Source: Callorhinchus milii | Taxonomy: Eukaryota | Assembly (NCBI RefSeq): GCF_018977255.1 | Contig: NW_024704749.1 | Coordinates: forward strand, 8,990,001-9,054,000 | DNA: 64,000 nucleotides | Direction: 5' to 3' | In this document: positions 12,001-23,642 of the stretch, in pieces | Layout: each line of letters begins with the position of its first letter | Numbering within the stretch: position 1 is the first letter of the stretch | Notes under the pieces: generated by a model | Database searches by the model: none | Told to the model about the DNA's origin: nothing | What the model saw: only the letters and a program-made list of their open reading frames with translations | Position numbers and translations under genes: made by a program

Positions 12001-14589
12001 TCCTTACTTTCACACACCTCTGTTTACCGCGCAGCAAGTAGGAACCCGGTTGTTAGTCGATTTGCGGATCGCTTTTCTGAGGGTAATAATGCCTTCCAAA
12101 AAAATAATAATTTGATCACTCAATCCACGATTGTTTGTGGGACGCTGCTGTGCGTAATTGGCTGCCGCGTTTCGCCCACAAAATATACAGTCACTACACT
12201 TTACAGTATATTCTGTAAAGCACGTTGAGACATCTCGAAGACGTGATAAGGCACTATATCAAATATAAGGATTATTATTATTTATATTTTAAAATGTTTT
12301 ACTTTTTACTTCTTCCCCTCTTGTTTCCATTTAGAAAAATGCCTTGCTTTAAGATGCCAAGTTTGCAACTGTACAGTTGCAGATTTCATTATGACTGGAA
12401 CTAAGTCTTACAAGTGGTGCTGAGATTTTCTCTTTCTTTGCTTGGGTAGTGGGGACGCGGTTAGGTGACAAGATGTTGACAATCTCACTTACCCATTTAT
12501 ATTCACACTATCTGTGAAAGGATCCAACGGCAGATGCTGAGGTCAGAGCTCTCAAACTGTAGAGTGAAAGAGTTTGATGAAGGAGCTACACATGTTTTTC
12601 TTACTTGCCGACTATTTCAGATAACTGGCCAACCCCAACAACAGCAGAAAGTCACTTACGCACCACCTACTCAGCTCCAGCAAGGCCTCAAGCCGCAGTT
12701 CCTGAGCGTTGCACAGCCACAAAAGCAGAGTGGATCACAACCGATGCAGACGCAGATTCAGGTAAAATATGTTGCGAAAGTTATGTGCTAGCTTTGTCGA
12801 GACTGGTTTTCTTTTCTTATCTATGTGTATAAAATGTAGGCGAGTTGAAGGAGTATAAGATTAAAAACTTTAAAAATGGAGATACGATACCCGAGTTTGG
12901 GAAAACAACGGGGAAATAGGATTAGAGTAGATAGCTCCAGTGATAAGAGATGGTGAATATCATGTGTATATCAAATACTTCAACACGTGAACCCGACAAA
13001 ATTATTCCGCTGTGAAAGTTGAATGCTTTGTTGCCTTTGATTTGAGCAGTGAATGTCACGTCCTGTCACAATTCTAGAGTCACGGATGATGTAGATGGAA
13101 CAAAAACATTCACAACACTCGGAAGGGATCCTCATACTTATAATTTAATTATCTTCCCTGGACACAGATGCACAGGTCCATTAAGGGCACAGACTTAAAT
13201 ATCAATTTCATTTTGTTTGTTTTTTAATTGACTAAAGGTTCAGAGTTAACATAAACTTACCTTGTTCAATAGGTTACAAAGCTTCCACAGATGGTACAAC
13301 AAGCTGCTGTGGGAAATATCCAGCAGATGGTATCCACGGCACAACAGGTAAATTTCATCTGGTTTCTGGCACACGAAAACAATAGATGTTTGCGGATAGG
13401 GGGTGCAGTCTGTTGTAGTCTAAGCTGTGTGTCAGCCTGGCGCAGTGGTAGCACTCTCACCTTTGAATCAGAAGGTTGTGGGTTCAAGCCTCCAATGTCA
13501 GGACTTGAAATCACATACATTATTGAGTCCTGTAGCTCTGGTTAGAGCACTTACCTCGTGAGCGAGAGGACCTGGGTTCGATTCCCGGGAGGGCGAAACA
13601 TTAGGCAGGTTTCCTTATTCCACATGCCTCTGTTTACCTAGCAGTAAGTAGGAACCCAGTTGTTGGTCGATTGGTAGATTGCTTTTTCTTAAAAAAATAA
13701 TAAATTGGTCACTCACTTCACGACTGTTTGTGGGACGCTGCTGTGTGCAATTGGCTGCCGTGTTTCGCTCACAAAATATATAGTCAATTCACTTTACAGT
13801 ATATTCTGTGAAGCGCTTTGAGACGTCTCGAAGGCGTGATATGGTGCTGTATCAAATACAAGGATAATATTATTATTTTGAATGCAGTGCTGGGGGGATG
13901 TTGGGTGGTCAGAGGTGCCGTCCTTCAGATGAGGTCCCGTCTGACTGCGGACGTTAAAGATTCAATGACACTATTCAAAAAAAAGAAGAGTTTCTCTCTC
14001 CCGGTGTCCTGGTCAACAAATCCCCCAAATAAAATTGGTCACTCACCCCATGGCTGTTTGGGGGACACTGCTGCGCGCAGCTGGCTGTCACATTTCTCCC
14101 ACAAAATACAGCGACTCCACTTTATAGTATATCCTGTGAAACACTTTGAGATGTCTCAATGACATGATAAGGGGCTTTATGAAATGCAAGGATTATTATT
14201 ATTTATTGTTAAATAGCTGTGAAGTAAATAATCAAGTTTATGGATCAATGTTCTGAATTGGTTGACTCTATATCCCGAAGTACAGTACAATATATGGTTA
14301 GTTTATACCAAATGTGCCACCTTCTGTGTTTGTGTAGGGCCCTACGTTGCCCCAAGGAACCACAGGGCAACAAGTTCAAGTGATTCCGACAACTGCAACT
14401 GCTCAGGTTGTGCAACAGCAACTCATTCAGCACCAGGTCGTAACAGCAGCCTCGCCTCAGATCCAGACACCACCTCCTCAAAGCCCCGCTCAAACAGCAA
14501 CACCCTCTGAAGTCCAAGGTCAGCAGGCAAAAGTGCAAGTGCGTACTACCCCTGCAGTGAGACTGAAAGCTCCAACAAAACCGAACTGA
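1..14589 (+). CDS. EP400: E1A-binding protein p400 (SWR1/Domino-family chromatin remodeller), 3' part; 5' end lies outside the window
   Basis: 25 GT-AG exons that join in phase: 1-173, 342-453, 1475-1615, 2250-2411, 2657-2740, 3006-3140, 3524-3568, 3657-3810, 4670-4914, 5212-5385, 5568-5615, 5709-5845, 6406-6462, 6580-6658, 7287-7442, 8018-8063, 8147-8256, 8904-9102, 9844-9992, 10516-10617, 11142-11325, 11725-11849, 12621-12761, 13273-13347, 14338-14589 (TGA). Translation gives helicase-C motifs (DADTVVVYD..WCDRIG..DIHIYRLVSGNSIEEKLL), WTPPTPPQDDNDIY, the SANT-like PEWLISEDWALLQ..PNWDLVSDVVNSCS..CRNRYE segment, GMNPFQKNPK and the C-terminus VRLKAPTKPN, all matching recalled human EP400. Confidence 0.97.
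1128..1443 (+). mobile_element. tRNA(Ala)-derived SINE, short form
   Basis: Head GTAGCTCAGTGGTTAGAGCACTCGCCTCGCAAGCGAG..GGTTCGATTCCC (A and B boxes), Deu-like core GCTGTGCGCAATTGGCTGCCGCGTTTCGCCCAC, tail AAATGCAAGGATTATTATT. Many copies in the window. Confidence 0.9.
3904..4231 (-). mobile_element. tRNA(Ala)-derived SINE, short form
   Basis: Full-length antisense copy, nearly identical to 25712-26025. Confidence 0.9.
11911..12282 (+). mobile_element. tRNA-derived SINE, long form
   Basis: Same head, core and tail, plus an internal segment TCTGTTTACC..AGTAGGAACCCGGTTGTTAGTCGA. Confidence 0.88.
13430..14202 (+). mobile_element. Older Deu-domain SINE (SacSINE1-like) split by a younger SINE at 13525-13877
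   Basis: Head GTCAGCCTGGCGCAGTGGTAGCACTCTCACCTTTGAATCAGAAGGTTGTGGGTTCAAGCC at 13430-13522; body resumes near 13880 (GAGGTGCCGTCCTTCAGATGAG..CCGGTGTCCTGG) and ends in the same ATT tail. Confidence 0.75.
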
Positions 14590-15175
14590 GCTTGTTGAGA
14601 GAAACTGGGAGCCCACCACTAAAAGAATGTGCTTGCAGCATTAGCTGGACTGTGCTAGAAACTAATTTGTTTTCACTCCATTGTGTAATAGCCAATGTAT
14701 AGGAAAAGCTGTCTATAAACTTAGTGTATATCATTTGATGAATTTTGGTGTGAATGTAACATGTTGATGCACAGCAGAAACTCTGTAAATCTTTAAAAAA
14801 AATCTAAGGTTAAACCCTAATCTCTTGTACATAGTATTTTCCTCCAGCGCATTTTTAATGGGCTGTTATATTTGTTAAATTCAGAAAGTAGATGTTCTAG
14901 ACAACATGAGTTCAGTATCTCTAAATGCATATTGTAGTTAGGTAAATGTTAAGTACTGAACTGTCTGCGAGTACTTTTTTCGGTAAAAAGAAAGAAGTCA
15001 ACTAGTCTTTCAAAATAAGTTGTTCGACGTTCCTTACCCGGAAAGAAATGTGGATGTTTATTAACAGAATTTTGATACAAGGTTTTGTATTTTTGTTACA
15101 TTCTCTTCATTGTGCATTCATGGTTCAGGTTTTGTTTTAAAGTAGTAATGTTTATTAATCTGTATGTATATGCAC

Positions 15176-15181
15176 ATTAAA
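15176..15181 (+). terminator. Candidate EP400 polyadenylation signal (ATTAAA)
   Basis: ATTAAA about 590 nt after the stop codon, ending an AT-rich 3' UTR and followed by T-rich sequence. Confidence 0.45.
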
Positions 15182-15769
15182 CATGAAAACTATGCTACAA
15201 CGTCATTTCTTCTTCTCATTTTTGAGTTTACATGTTAAAAAGTATTTTTTGCAGAACCTCTTCGTATTCTTGAATATGTCTTGTATTACGATCAGCAAAG
15301 TCATATGGAGCTGGTCATCCAACTCCCAAGATCTTTGCAGGTTTTATTTGTAGATTTTTTTCCCCCGATCTTTGGTATTTTGTTTTACGCGATGTCATTC
15401 CATGATAGAGTAATGGAGCTGGGACATCAAAAGGCTCAAATTGAGACCAAAGAGAAGCTTGAGCTTCCAGGAAAAATGATTGCACCATAAATATCAAACA
15501 ATATTGTCAGAAATTGCTACTGCATTATTACAATATATCGGACCATGAGTTGTATCCACAAGCCCTGCCACGACATTGTAATGAATCAAAACCTGCTCTG
15601 AATAAGTGTTCATCGAGTATCTTTTGCGATGGGGTGGGCTTTTCTGGGAGAAATGTTCTCAATGAGGTTTACAAATTGGGGGGGGGGTCCTGTTACACTG
15701 CAGGTACATGGAGCTGCATCAAGGTCCCATCAACTGTTTTCCTGTCGTTAGGACACCGCTGTTGGAGTT

Positions 15770-16143
15770 CTCTTTGACCGTGCCTTCAGCTCCCCTCTCG
15801 ACTCTCTTCCCCCTCCTCGCTCCCTCCCTTCCCTCCCCTCACCCTGACCATTTCCCCCCTCCTTGCTCCCTCCCTTCCCTCCCCTCACCCTGACCATTTT
15901 CCCCCTCCTCGCTCCCTCCCTTCCCTCCCCTCACCCTGACCATTTCCCCCCTCCTCGCTCCCTCCCTTCCCTCCCCTCACCCTGACCATTTCCCCCCTCC
16001 TCGCTCCCTCCCTCCCCTCCCCTCCCCCTGACCATTTCCCCCCAATGCTCGGGTCATGACCCAACTGTGCAGCGCCTTGGGACGTCCTCCCGACGTGAAA
16101 GGCGCTTTATAAATGGAATCTTGTTGTTGTTGTTGTTGTTGTT
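15770..16143 (+). mobile_element. L2 LINE 3' end containing five 46-bp tandem units
   Basis: FDRAFSSPLDS-coding end, 46-bp units, stem-loop GCGCCTTGGGACGTCCTCCCGACGTGAAAGGCGC and (TTG)n tail. Confidence 0.85.
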
Positions 16144-16265
16144 GAGATTAAATAACGCAGGTCGCGTTCGACGGCAATCTTACCTGTCGTTAAAAATATT
16201 TTTAAAGCGTAAGCGTGCGGCCTTCGCTTCATGTAATGTACATATTGTTATCCCGGGTGTCTTTT

Positions 16266-16303
<38 letters not shown>

Positions 16304-16506
16304 TGTGCCATTCGTTGCTTCGCTGGTGCTGAGAATCGTTCCATTTGGATGTATTTCGCCCACGGAAAACACAGTCACTACACTTGACGGTGTATCCCGC
16401 CCAAGCGCTTCGGGACGCCTCGATGACGAGGCGCTGCAGCAAGCGTCAGGATGGCGGTGATGATGGTGGTGATGATGGTGAGAGCAGAGCAGCTGCTGAT
16501 CACAGG

Positions 16507-16588
16507 CACTTCCGGCCTCTGAGCCGGTGACGGAGGGTCGGGTCGTGACGTCAGTTCCGCAACGGCACGTGACCGGCAACATGGCGGC
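16507..16588 (+). promoter_or_regulatory. NOC4L CpG-rich proximal promoter
   Basis: ETS/GABP CACTTCCGG 16507-16515, CRE TGACGTCA 16546-16553, E-box CACGTG 16566-16571, and YY1-like AACATGGCGGC 16578-16588 overlapping the ATG. Confidence 0.7.
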
Positions 16589-19500
16589 GCCGAGTAAACT
16601 GCAGCGGCGGCTTCACGCGCTGTCGGCGTCGGTGCTCCACAACTGCCACAACTGCAACTCGGTGCTGGACATCCTGTGGCCTCTGAGGGTACCTGTCCCC
16701 CCCCCACCCCCGGGCCTCCCCGCCCACACCCCCCCCACCCCGGGCCTCCCCCCCCACCCCCACTCCCCCCCCCCCCACCCGGGCCTCCCCCCCACACCCC
16801 CCCACCCCGGGCCTCCCCCCCCCCACCCCGGGCCTCCCCCCCCACCCCACCCCCTCCCCCCCCCCACCCCGGGCCTGTCTCCCCCTCCCCCCCACACCCC
16901 CCCACCCCGGGCCTCCCCCCCCCACCCCGGGCCTGTCTCCCCCTCCCCCCCACTCCCCCCCCCCACCCCCGGGCCTCCCCCCCACACCCCCCCCACCCCG
17001 GGCCTCCCCACCCCCCACCCACCCCGGGCTCCACCCCCCCCAACCCCCCAGGCCTCCCCCCCACCTCAGGCCTGTCTCCCCCTCCCCCCCACACCCCCCC
17101 ACCCCGGGCCTCCCCACCCCCCCCCACCCCGGGCCTCCACCCCCCAACCCCCCAGGCCTCCCCCCACCTCAGGCCTGTCTCCCCTCCCCCCCACTCCCCC
17201 CCCCCCGGGCCTCCCCCCCACCCCACCCCCACTCCCCCCCCCCCCCCACCCACCCCGGGCCTCCCCCCCCCCCACCCCCGGGCCTCCCCCCCCACCCCCC
17301 ACCCCACTCCCCCCCCCCACCCCGGGCCTGTTCCCCCTCCCCCCACCCCCACCCCCACCCCGGGCCTCCCCCTCCCACCCCCACCCCCCCCACCCCCCGC
17401 CTGTCTCCCCCACTCCGCCTTTCTCATCTCTCCTCCCCACCCCCCGGCATGTCTTTCCTCTCCCCTCCCCCACCTGTGTCTCCCCCGTGCCCCCTCCTCC
17501 TGTATCTCCCCCCCCGCTGTGTCTCCCCCCCCTCCTCCTGTATCTCCCCCCCCCGCCTGTGTCTCCCCCCCCCCTCCTCCTGTATCTCCCCCCCCCCGCC
17601 TGTGTCTCCCCCCCCCCCTCCTCCTGTATCTCCCCCCCCCGCCTGTGTCTCCCCCCCCCCTCCTCCTGTATCTCCCCCCCCCGCCTGTATCTCCCCCCCC
17701 CCCTCCTCCTGTATCTCCCCCCCCCCCGCCTGTGTCTCCCCCCCCCCCGCCTGTGTCTCCCCCCCCCCCTCCTCCTGTATCTCCCCCCCCCCTCCTGTGT
17801 CTCCCCCCGTGCCCCCCCCCCCTCCCCCCCGGCCTATCCAGTGTAGAGCGAAAATCATAACGGGGGTCTTATCTCAGCAGAAATCTTCAGATAGAAAAAG
17901 TGCAGTTGTTCTTTTTTAAAAAAACAAAAAGGCCAAAAAAACACCGGTTTAGACGACCGCAAAATGTACAGTCGCCGATCCCATTGAGGGGTGGGGGGGG
18001 GGGGGAGGGGTGTCGTGTTGTTCAAGCACTTGTGTCACCTTTTGACGTATTAATTATTGGGTTATTAAATTGTTGTCATCAATACAGTCGGTCTGGTTCA
18101 CAACCGCTCAAGTCTATGTCTTGCATTCCCGTTAGGCCGAGAAGGAAGAAGCCGTTCTTGCCGCTGCAGGAACATGTCACGGGCTGTTCTGCACCCTATT
18201 GGAACGAGGGGCACTTTTTGTCGGTCAGTTGCCCGACGAGGAAACAGCTCTGACAGGTAATGAGCGGACGGATAGCTTTGCAGTCGATTTTACGAGTGCA
18301 ACTCGTCAGAGTGGAGCAGAGGGTGACGCGCAAAGGGTGGGGAGAGCAATTGTGTGGTCTCTGAGCCAGAGACCGCGTATCTTGTTGGGCTCCTGTGCAC
18401 ATTTCCTGAAGTAGATTCCTCCCTTCAACGAAGAGCCTGTGGCTCTACCAGTAATTTGTCAGCGCAGCAAGTGTTTATCAATGTTTTATCAGCAGGTTAT
18501 TCAAATTGGTTACCGTTAACACCGACCGGGGTTGGAAGGCTTATTTTTTCTGCTTGAATTCTGCGGTGTCGAGTTAAGGCCGTGATTTATTTTTTTTGTT
18601 GATTGACATTAGCACTCCTTCGAGTGCACTTGAATGACTGTGGGTGGAATATTGCTGTTCGCAATTTGGCAGCTGCATTCGCCCACAGATACAGTCGACG
18701 CACTTCACAGAAATGTCACGAAGCACTTGGTTACAGACGAGATATCAAATGCAAAGGATTATTATCATGTCGGAGCTATATTTTCACTTGTGTTTTTTAA
18801 TGTCTCCTGAATAAGAATTNNNNNNNNNNNNNNNNNNNNNNNNNTTCTCTCCCACCATCATGTGCTATTTGGTGCAATAGTGTTAACCCTAGCTCAACTT
18901 TCGTTAGCCTCACTCTTGGCAAGGGATGAAGTGTTTGGATGCCGTCATCACACATACTATTTTGGAGGAGAGATAGTTGAATATTTGCTGATGTGTAAAT
19001 ACTAAAGGTGCAAATGCTATTTCAGAGAATATCCAAACTTCTATAAAAAGCTCTACAGCTTGCTGAACCCATGTGTGTTCCACGTGAAGTACAGAGCAAG
19101 ATTCTTCCATCTAGCGGGTCTGTTTTTATCTTCCAGGTTAGTATTTCTTCATTTTATTTCCATCATTAACTGTAACAGCAGGTCTGATATTCATAAAGTA
19201 CAATATTCCAAATACACAAGTGGATAACGCTTGCTTTACAGAAAAGTACAATCATATGATAAAGTTTACCAACTAAGCAACAGTATTTCTTTTGCAATAC
19301 TAATTTCTGATACATCGCATCCTGCAATAATTTACTCACATACGTAGCGTTAGACTCGCCATTCAGTGGTGCAATGCTTACAAATACTGTAACAATAAGA
19401 TCCATTGATAATCTCTAGGATGCACTGACCTGTGGCTAAGCACCTTGGAGGCAGAGTTGGGTTCATAGAGTCTCTTTGCTGGCTTAAGACGCTGTGGCTG

Positions 19501-22500
19501 AGTAAGCCTAGTACACGGCATTGCACTTGAACCTGAAGAACATCAAGGTAGCTATTCTGCAAAGGTCTTCCCACCAAGCTTAAGGCAGGTGTCTGCCAGA
19601 TAGCTGATGAGGAAACTCTTGAAGCTTGGAGGGATAGCTGATGGTACCATATGTTCGTACATCCAGTGCCTGGAATTGACCTTGATTGATCTGCATCTCC
19701 AACTGGTGGAACCATCGATGACTCACACATTAGACAGGCAGATAGATGGTTGAAGAAATCATTTGAAAAATTTGGATGGATAGTTTGATTACTGACGCCT
19801 GACTGAAACTCTGTGTGTTATTGTCTTCTATCAGACTGATCCGAGCACTGACTATATCTGAGTTCAGTCACGTCCTCTCTGAGTTCAGTCACGTCCTCTC
19901 TGAGTTCAGTCACGTACTCCACGACTTCAGACACCTATGCCCCAGGTTGCAGGATGACATTGTCTTGCCTGTAATGAGGAAGGTGAAGGATAAAGGACGG
20001 TTAGTTTTAAAGGTCAAACCCTGCAGACATAGACAAACCTAATTGTGAAGGGAGCCTTCAATAGCTTTTCTGCTTTCAGGAAGGTTTTGCAGAAGACCTT
20101 GGTATTTCCTTTGAGCCAGTTTACAACAATAAATATCACTATGCTGATCATTTATGCATTTGGTTGGTGAAAATTGGTAAAAATTGGTAAATGTCAATAT
20201 TCATTTGTGACGTTCCATAAACCAAACCAGTTTTCATCCACAAAATTTGATTTTTACCCATTTTTGTCATTGTATAGTTACGAAACTGCTCAAATTCTGG
20301 TTCAAGTCACTTGGACACAGTGTGTATGAAGTGGCAACTTGGAATTAAGCCATTTTGTAGTTGAAAACTATTTAAGAAGATGCTCTTTGCTACTTTGCTC
20401 TTTCCAACGCTTCCATTGTGCAGCCCATGTTAACCCACCTCTGGCTCTCGGAGGTAACTGTTGCAACTTTGGAAAAAAAAACAGAGCTCCCAAAAAAAGG
20501 CTGCTTCCTTCATTCACCTCCAAGCCAATATGATGCAGTTTAGCCACAAATAGTGCAGATCATTGCTTGCAAAAAGGTCTTTCTAAATCTGTCGATGCTG
20601 AGAACTGTAGAAATATCTACATCCCAAACCAGATCAAGCAAATCAAATTCTCCTGGGTTTGCTGGCGTTCAAGCTTGTTTATGCAGCACATCATTTAACT
20701 TGGTTCAATGCTTTAAAACCGATTAATATCTGAAAACGTCAAGGCTGCTTTTATCTGAAGGTGTAATTTGCCCTGTAGTGGCCCGTTCAACCACAATAAC
20801 GTTTCTTGGTAACCGCTGTCTTGTATGTAGGAGGATCTCGTCTCTTCAGACGTGGTTAGTGTAAGAGGAGGCGGCTTTTGGTAAGATTTGTGGAAATGCA
20901 GGCAGCGGAGTTTAAAAGGAGAGCAGGCTTTTTTTAGTTCCTACGAAGATGAATGAAAAAAGCAGCTTAATCTGCAGTTTTGTAGCCTATTTAAGGATTT
21001 CTTTTTTAAGGTTACCAGATTAATTGTTCTATTTCTTTTCTGTACAGCCATTTACCAGTGTACTTGGTAGCAGCTTTTGCCAAGAGACTGTCTCGCCTGG
21101 CTCTGACTGCACCCCCTCACACTCTATTGATGATCATTTCATTTATCTGTAACCTTATTCGCCAGCATCCTGCCTGCAGGGTTCTCATTAATCGACCCGA
21201 TGGACCTACAGGTATTGTACATTTTTTTCTTACAATTAACAACTTGGTTAGTACAAATTAGTGTGTTTACCATTTAACTTTCCTTCCCCTTTCCCTATCT
21301 TCCCGGAACTACGAGGACAGATGAGGAACCCTCCTCAGGCCTATGTCAATATTACTGATGGTGCAGTGTTAGTAATATTTGCGAAACCTCCCCCCTCTGA
21401 TTGTATCGTGTGCTTTATGGTGACCATGTTGCTACTACTCAATAACCCGCTGAGCACAGCACGTAGGTAGAAACTGTTGATCCAAATTAAGATGTGAATG
21501 TCACTTTAAACTTTATTCTGCATTAAAATTGTAAGTATTTTTTGTTTTCAGAACTTTGTGATGATCCTTTCATAATGGAGGAGGAGCCTTCCCAATGCCG
21601 AGCCCTGGAAAGTTCCCTTTGGGAATTGCAGGTTTGTTTTGCTTCCCGGGGAGCGAGTTTCATTTTTCTCATGGGCTTTCTCCCGCCCTTGAGTTTAGAA
21701 GGTTGAAGCGTGGTTTGATAGAGATATTTAAGATGATAAAGGGATTCAATAGGGTAGATCCAGAGAAGCTATTTCCTCTGGTGGGGGAATCCAAAACAAG
21801 GGAGCAGAGTTTTAAAATTAGAACCAGGCCATTTAAGAGTGAAATCAGGAAGGATTTTTTTTTACTCAAAGGGTGGTAGAAATCTGGAATTCTCTCCCCC
21901 AAAAGGCCGTGGCCCCTGAATCCTATCCTCACCTTCAAGAATGAGGTTGGTAGATTTCTGGTAGGTCAGGGTATTCAGGGATATGGGGAGAAAGTGGGAA
22001 ATTGGAATTGAAAGGATTAGTTGAGGTACAGATCAGCCATGATCTAATTAAATGGCGGAACAGACTCAAAGGGCTGAATGGCCTCCTCCTGTTCCTATGT
22101 TCCTCCCTGTAATTTTGGGGATGTTTTTCCTAATTGTTTGTCCAGGAGACAATCCAGAGTGTTCCCATTTGAGGAAAAGATTATCCAAGAAAATGAACCG
22201 GATTTTAAGCCAGTTTATGTTGGACAAAGAAAAAAAAAAGAAGCAGGTAGTGGAGGTAGGAAAGTTTGCAGAAATTAAGCGAAATGACAAATTGGCGAGG
22301 GGGGGGGGGGGGGCGGTGACGGGTGGGGGATGACTGAGAGTGAAAGCCAGCAAACAGATTCATTGCCTTTGAAGCTATGAGCACGATGCTAGGAAATCTC
22401 TACAAAAAGGTGGAATACGTCTGAGAATGTTCAGCTGATGGAATCTCTATGGTAGAGCTCAGCAACAGGAATGGATGTAAGACTGCTTACCATGGTTTTG

Positions 22501-23566
22501 AGGGACTTGGAAACCCTGTTTGTAACTGCTGATATCCATCACAGGAAAAACACACAAGAGCGTATGTATAATGTCTCTCTTTCTCTTCTGTTCAGACACT
22601 GCAAAAACATTACCATCCTGACGTTGCCAATGCTGCCAATGCAATAACTAAACCTTTGTCACACCAGGAACAGGACCTTTCATCACTACTGGAGCTCACT
22701 GCTTCTGAGGTATTATACACCATTCTTCTGCGCGATAATGAGAAGCTTGTCACAGTGATGCATTGCCATAATTAACAAAGAAAGGCTCTTGTTTTATTCA
22801 CTGGGAAATACTTCAAGGCACAACAAAGTCATGACGGGATGAGTGGCCTAGACTGATTACTGCAGTGCTGGAATAGAATGAGACGCACTCAGAATCGCTC
22901 GCACACTTTTTTGGGTGTTGAACATTAAAAGAGATGCCGATTCGGAGCATGTGTATAAACCGAATTACAGTTCATTCAAAATGTGGGATTTTAATGTCCC
23001 GACATTCATAGCTTTGTTTAAACCGCGTGGAATTAAAATAGGCTGTTCCTGCTCAAAATCTTAAACTGCTTCCTCAAAATCTAATTTCTTCGATTGGCAT
23101 TCTAGCTAAATATATTCCTTGTGACTACATTTATGGTATATTAATAGGATTGGAAGGACTTGTGGAGGAAGGAGAATTTGACAGCTGTGTGATGAATGAC
23201 CAGTTTATTAGCCAGACTGGAAGAAACTGCTTCCTCTTTTCAAGTAGTAACAACTTATTCTCAGCGTTGTGCTCACCATTACAAAGAAGATATATTTTGG
23301 TAATTCCTCTGTTAGTATATATACATATATATTGTATAATGAGCACAGTTTTGCAATTGGATATAAAGCGAAAATATCCCAAATGCTATGAGTAAAATTG
23401 CTAATAATTGATGCTATTTGCAGTGTTCTTAATGGTTTTTTTTTTACAGTTATTTCATAAAGAGACAAAAAAGAAAACAAAACGGGGTCCCTTGGAGTAC
23501 AAGCCGGCCGAAGGGATACTGAGACAGAGAGATGATGTGGTTGCCCAGTACTGGGCTTTAGAATAA
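16581..23566 (+). CDS. NOC4L: Nucleolar complex protein 4 homolog (40S biogenesis); middle exons missing from the assembly
   Basis: Visible exons: 16581-16688 (MAAPSKLQRRL..NSVLDIL), 18136-18256 (..TCHGLFCTLLERGALFVGQLP), [gap], 19026-19136 (EYPNFYKKLYSLLNPCVFHVKYRARFFHLAGLFLSSS), 21048-21211 (HLPVYLVAAFAKRLSRLALTAPP), 21552-21631 (CRALESSLWELQ), 22596-22709 (TLQKHYHPDV..LLELTASE), 23450-23566 (..PLEYKPAEGIL..YWALE*). Matches the recalled human NOC4L CBF/Mak21 domain. Confidence 0.95.
16690..17832. repeat. C-rich low-complexity minisatellite in NOC4L intron 1
   Basis: About 1.1 kb of C runs. Units resembling CCCGGGCCTCCCCCC to about 17400, then CCTGTGTCTCCCCCCC / CCTCCTCCTGTATCTCCCCCC. Confidence 0.9.
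18820..18844. other. Assembly gap (25 N)
   Basis: Run of N between NOC4L exon 2 and the EYPNFY exon. Confidence 0.99.
19857..19919. repeat. 21-bp tandem repeat, 3 copies
   Basis: TCTGAGTTCAGTCACGTCCTC three times, the last copy with one substitution. Confidence 0.9.
21685..22105 (+). mobile_element. CR1-clade LINE 3' fragment
   Basis: Translates to LEFRRLKRGLIEIFKMIKGFNRVDPEKLFPLVGESKTR; typical tail GGGCTGAATGGCCTCCTCCTGTTCCTATG. Confidence 0.85.
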
Positions 23567-23636
23567 TAAACGACTGTTGTAAGTTTCTTTAAAAGTAGGA
23601 ATCCAATGTATTGTGTACATTTTCTACAGTGCCTTT

Positions 23637-23642
23637 AATAAA
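23637..23642 (+). terminator. NOC4L polyadenylation signal (AATAAA)
   Basis: AATAAA 70 nt after the stop; a second AATAAA (23565-23570) overlaps the TAA stop. Confidence 0.55.

Noticed and set aside
16378-17919. Long Pro-rich and Gly-rich ORFs (349-439 aa) on both strands
   Set aside because: They arise from the stop-free C-rich minisatellite in NOC4L intron 1; only 16581-16688 is coding.
19857-19919. CRISPR-like direct repeats
   Set aside because: Head-to-tail repeats without spacers in vertebrate DNA; a simple minisatellite.
23189-23195. C-box-like GTGATGA in the last NOC4L intron
   Set aside because: No suitably placed D box (CTGA) or terminal stem.
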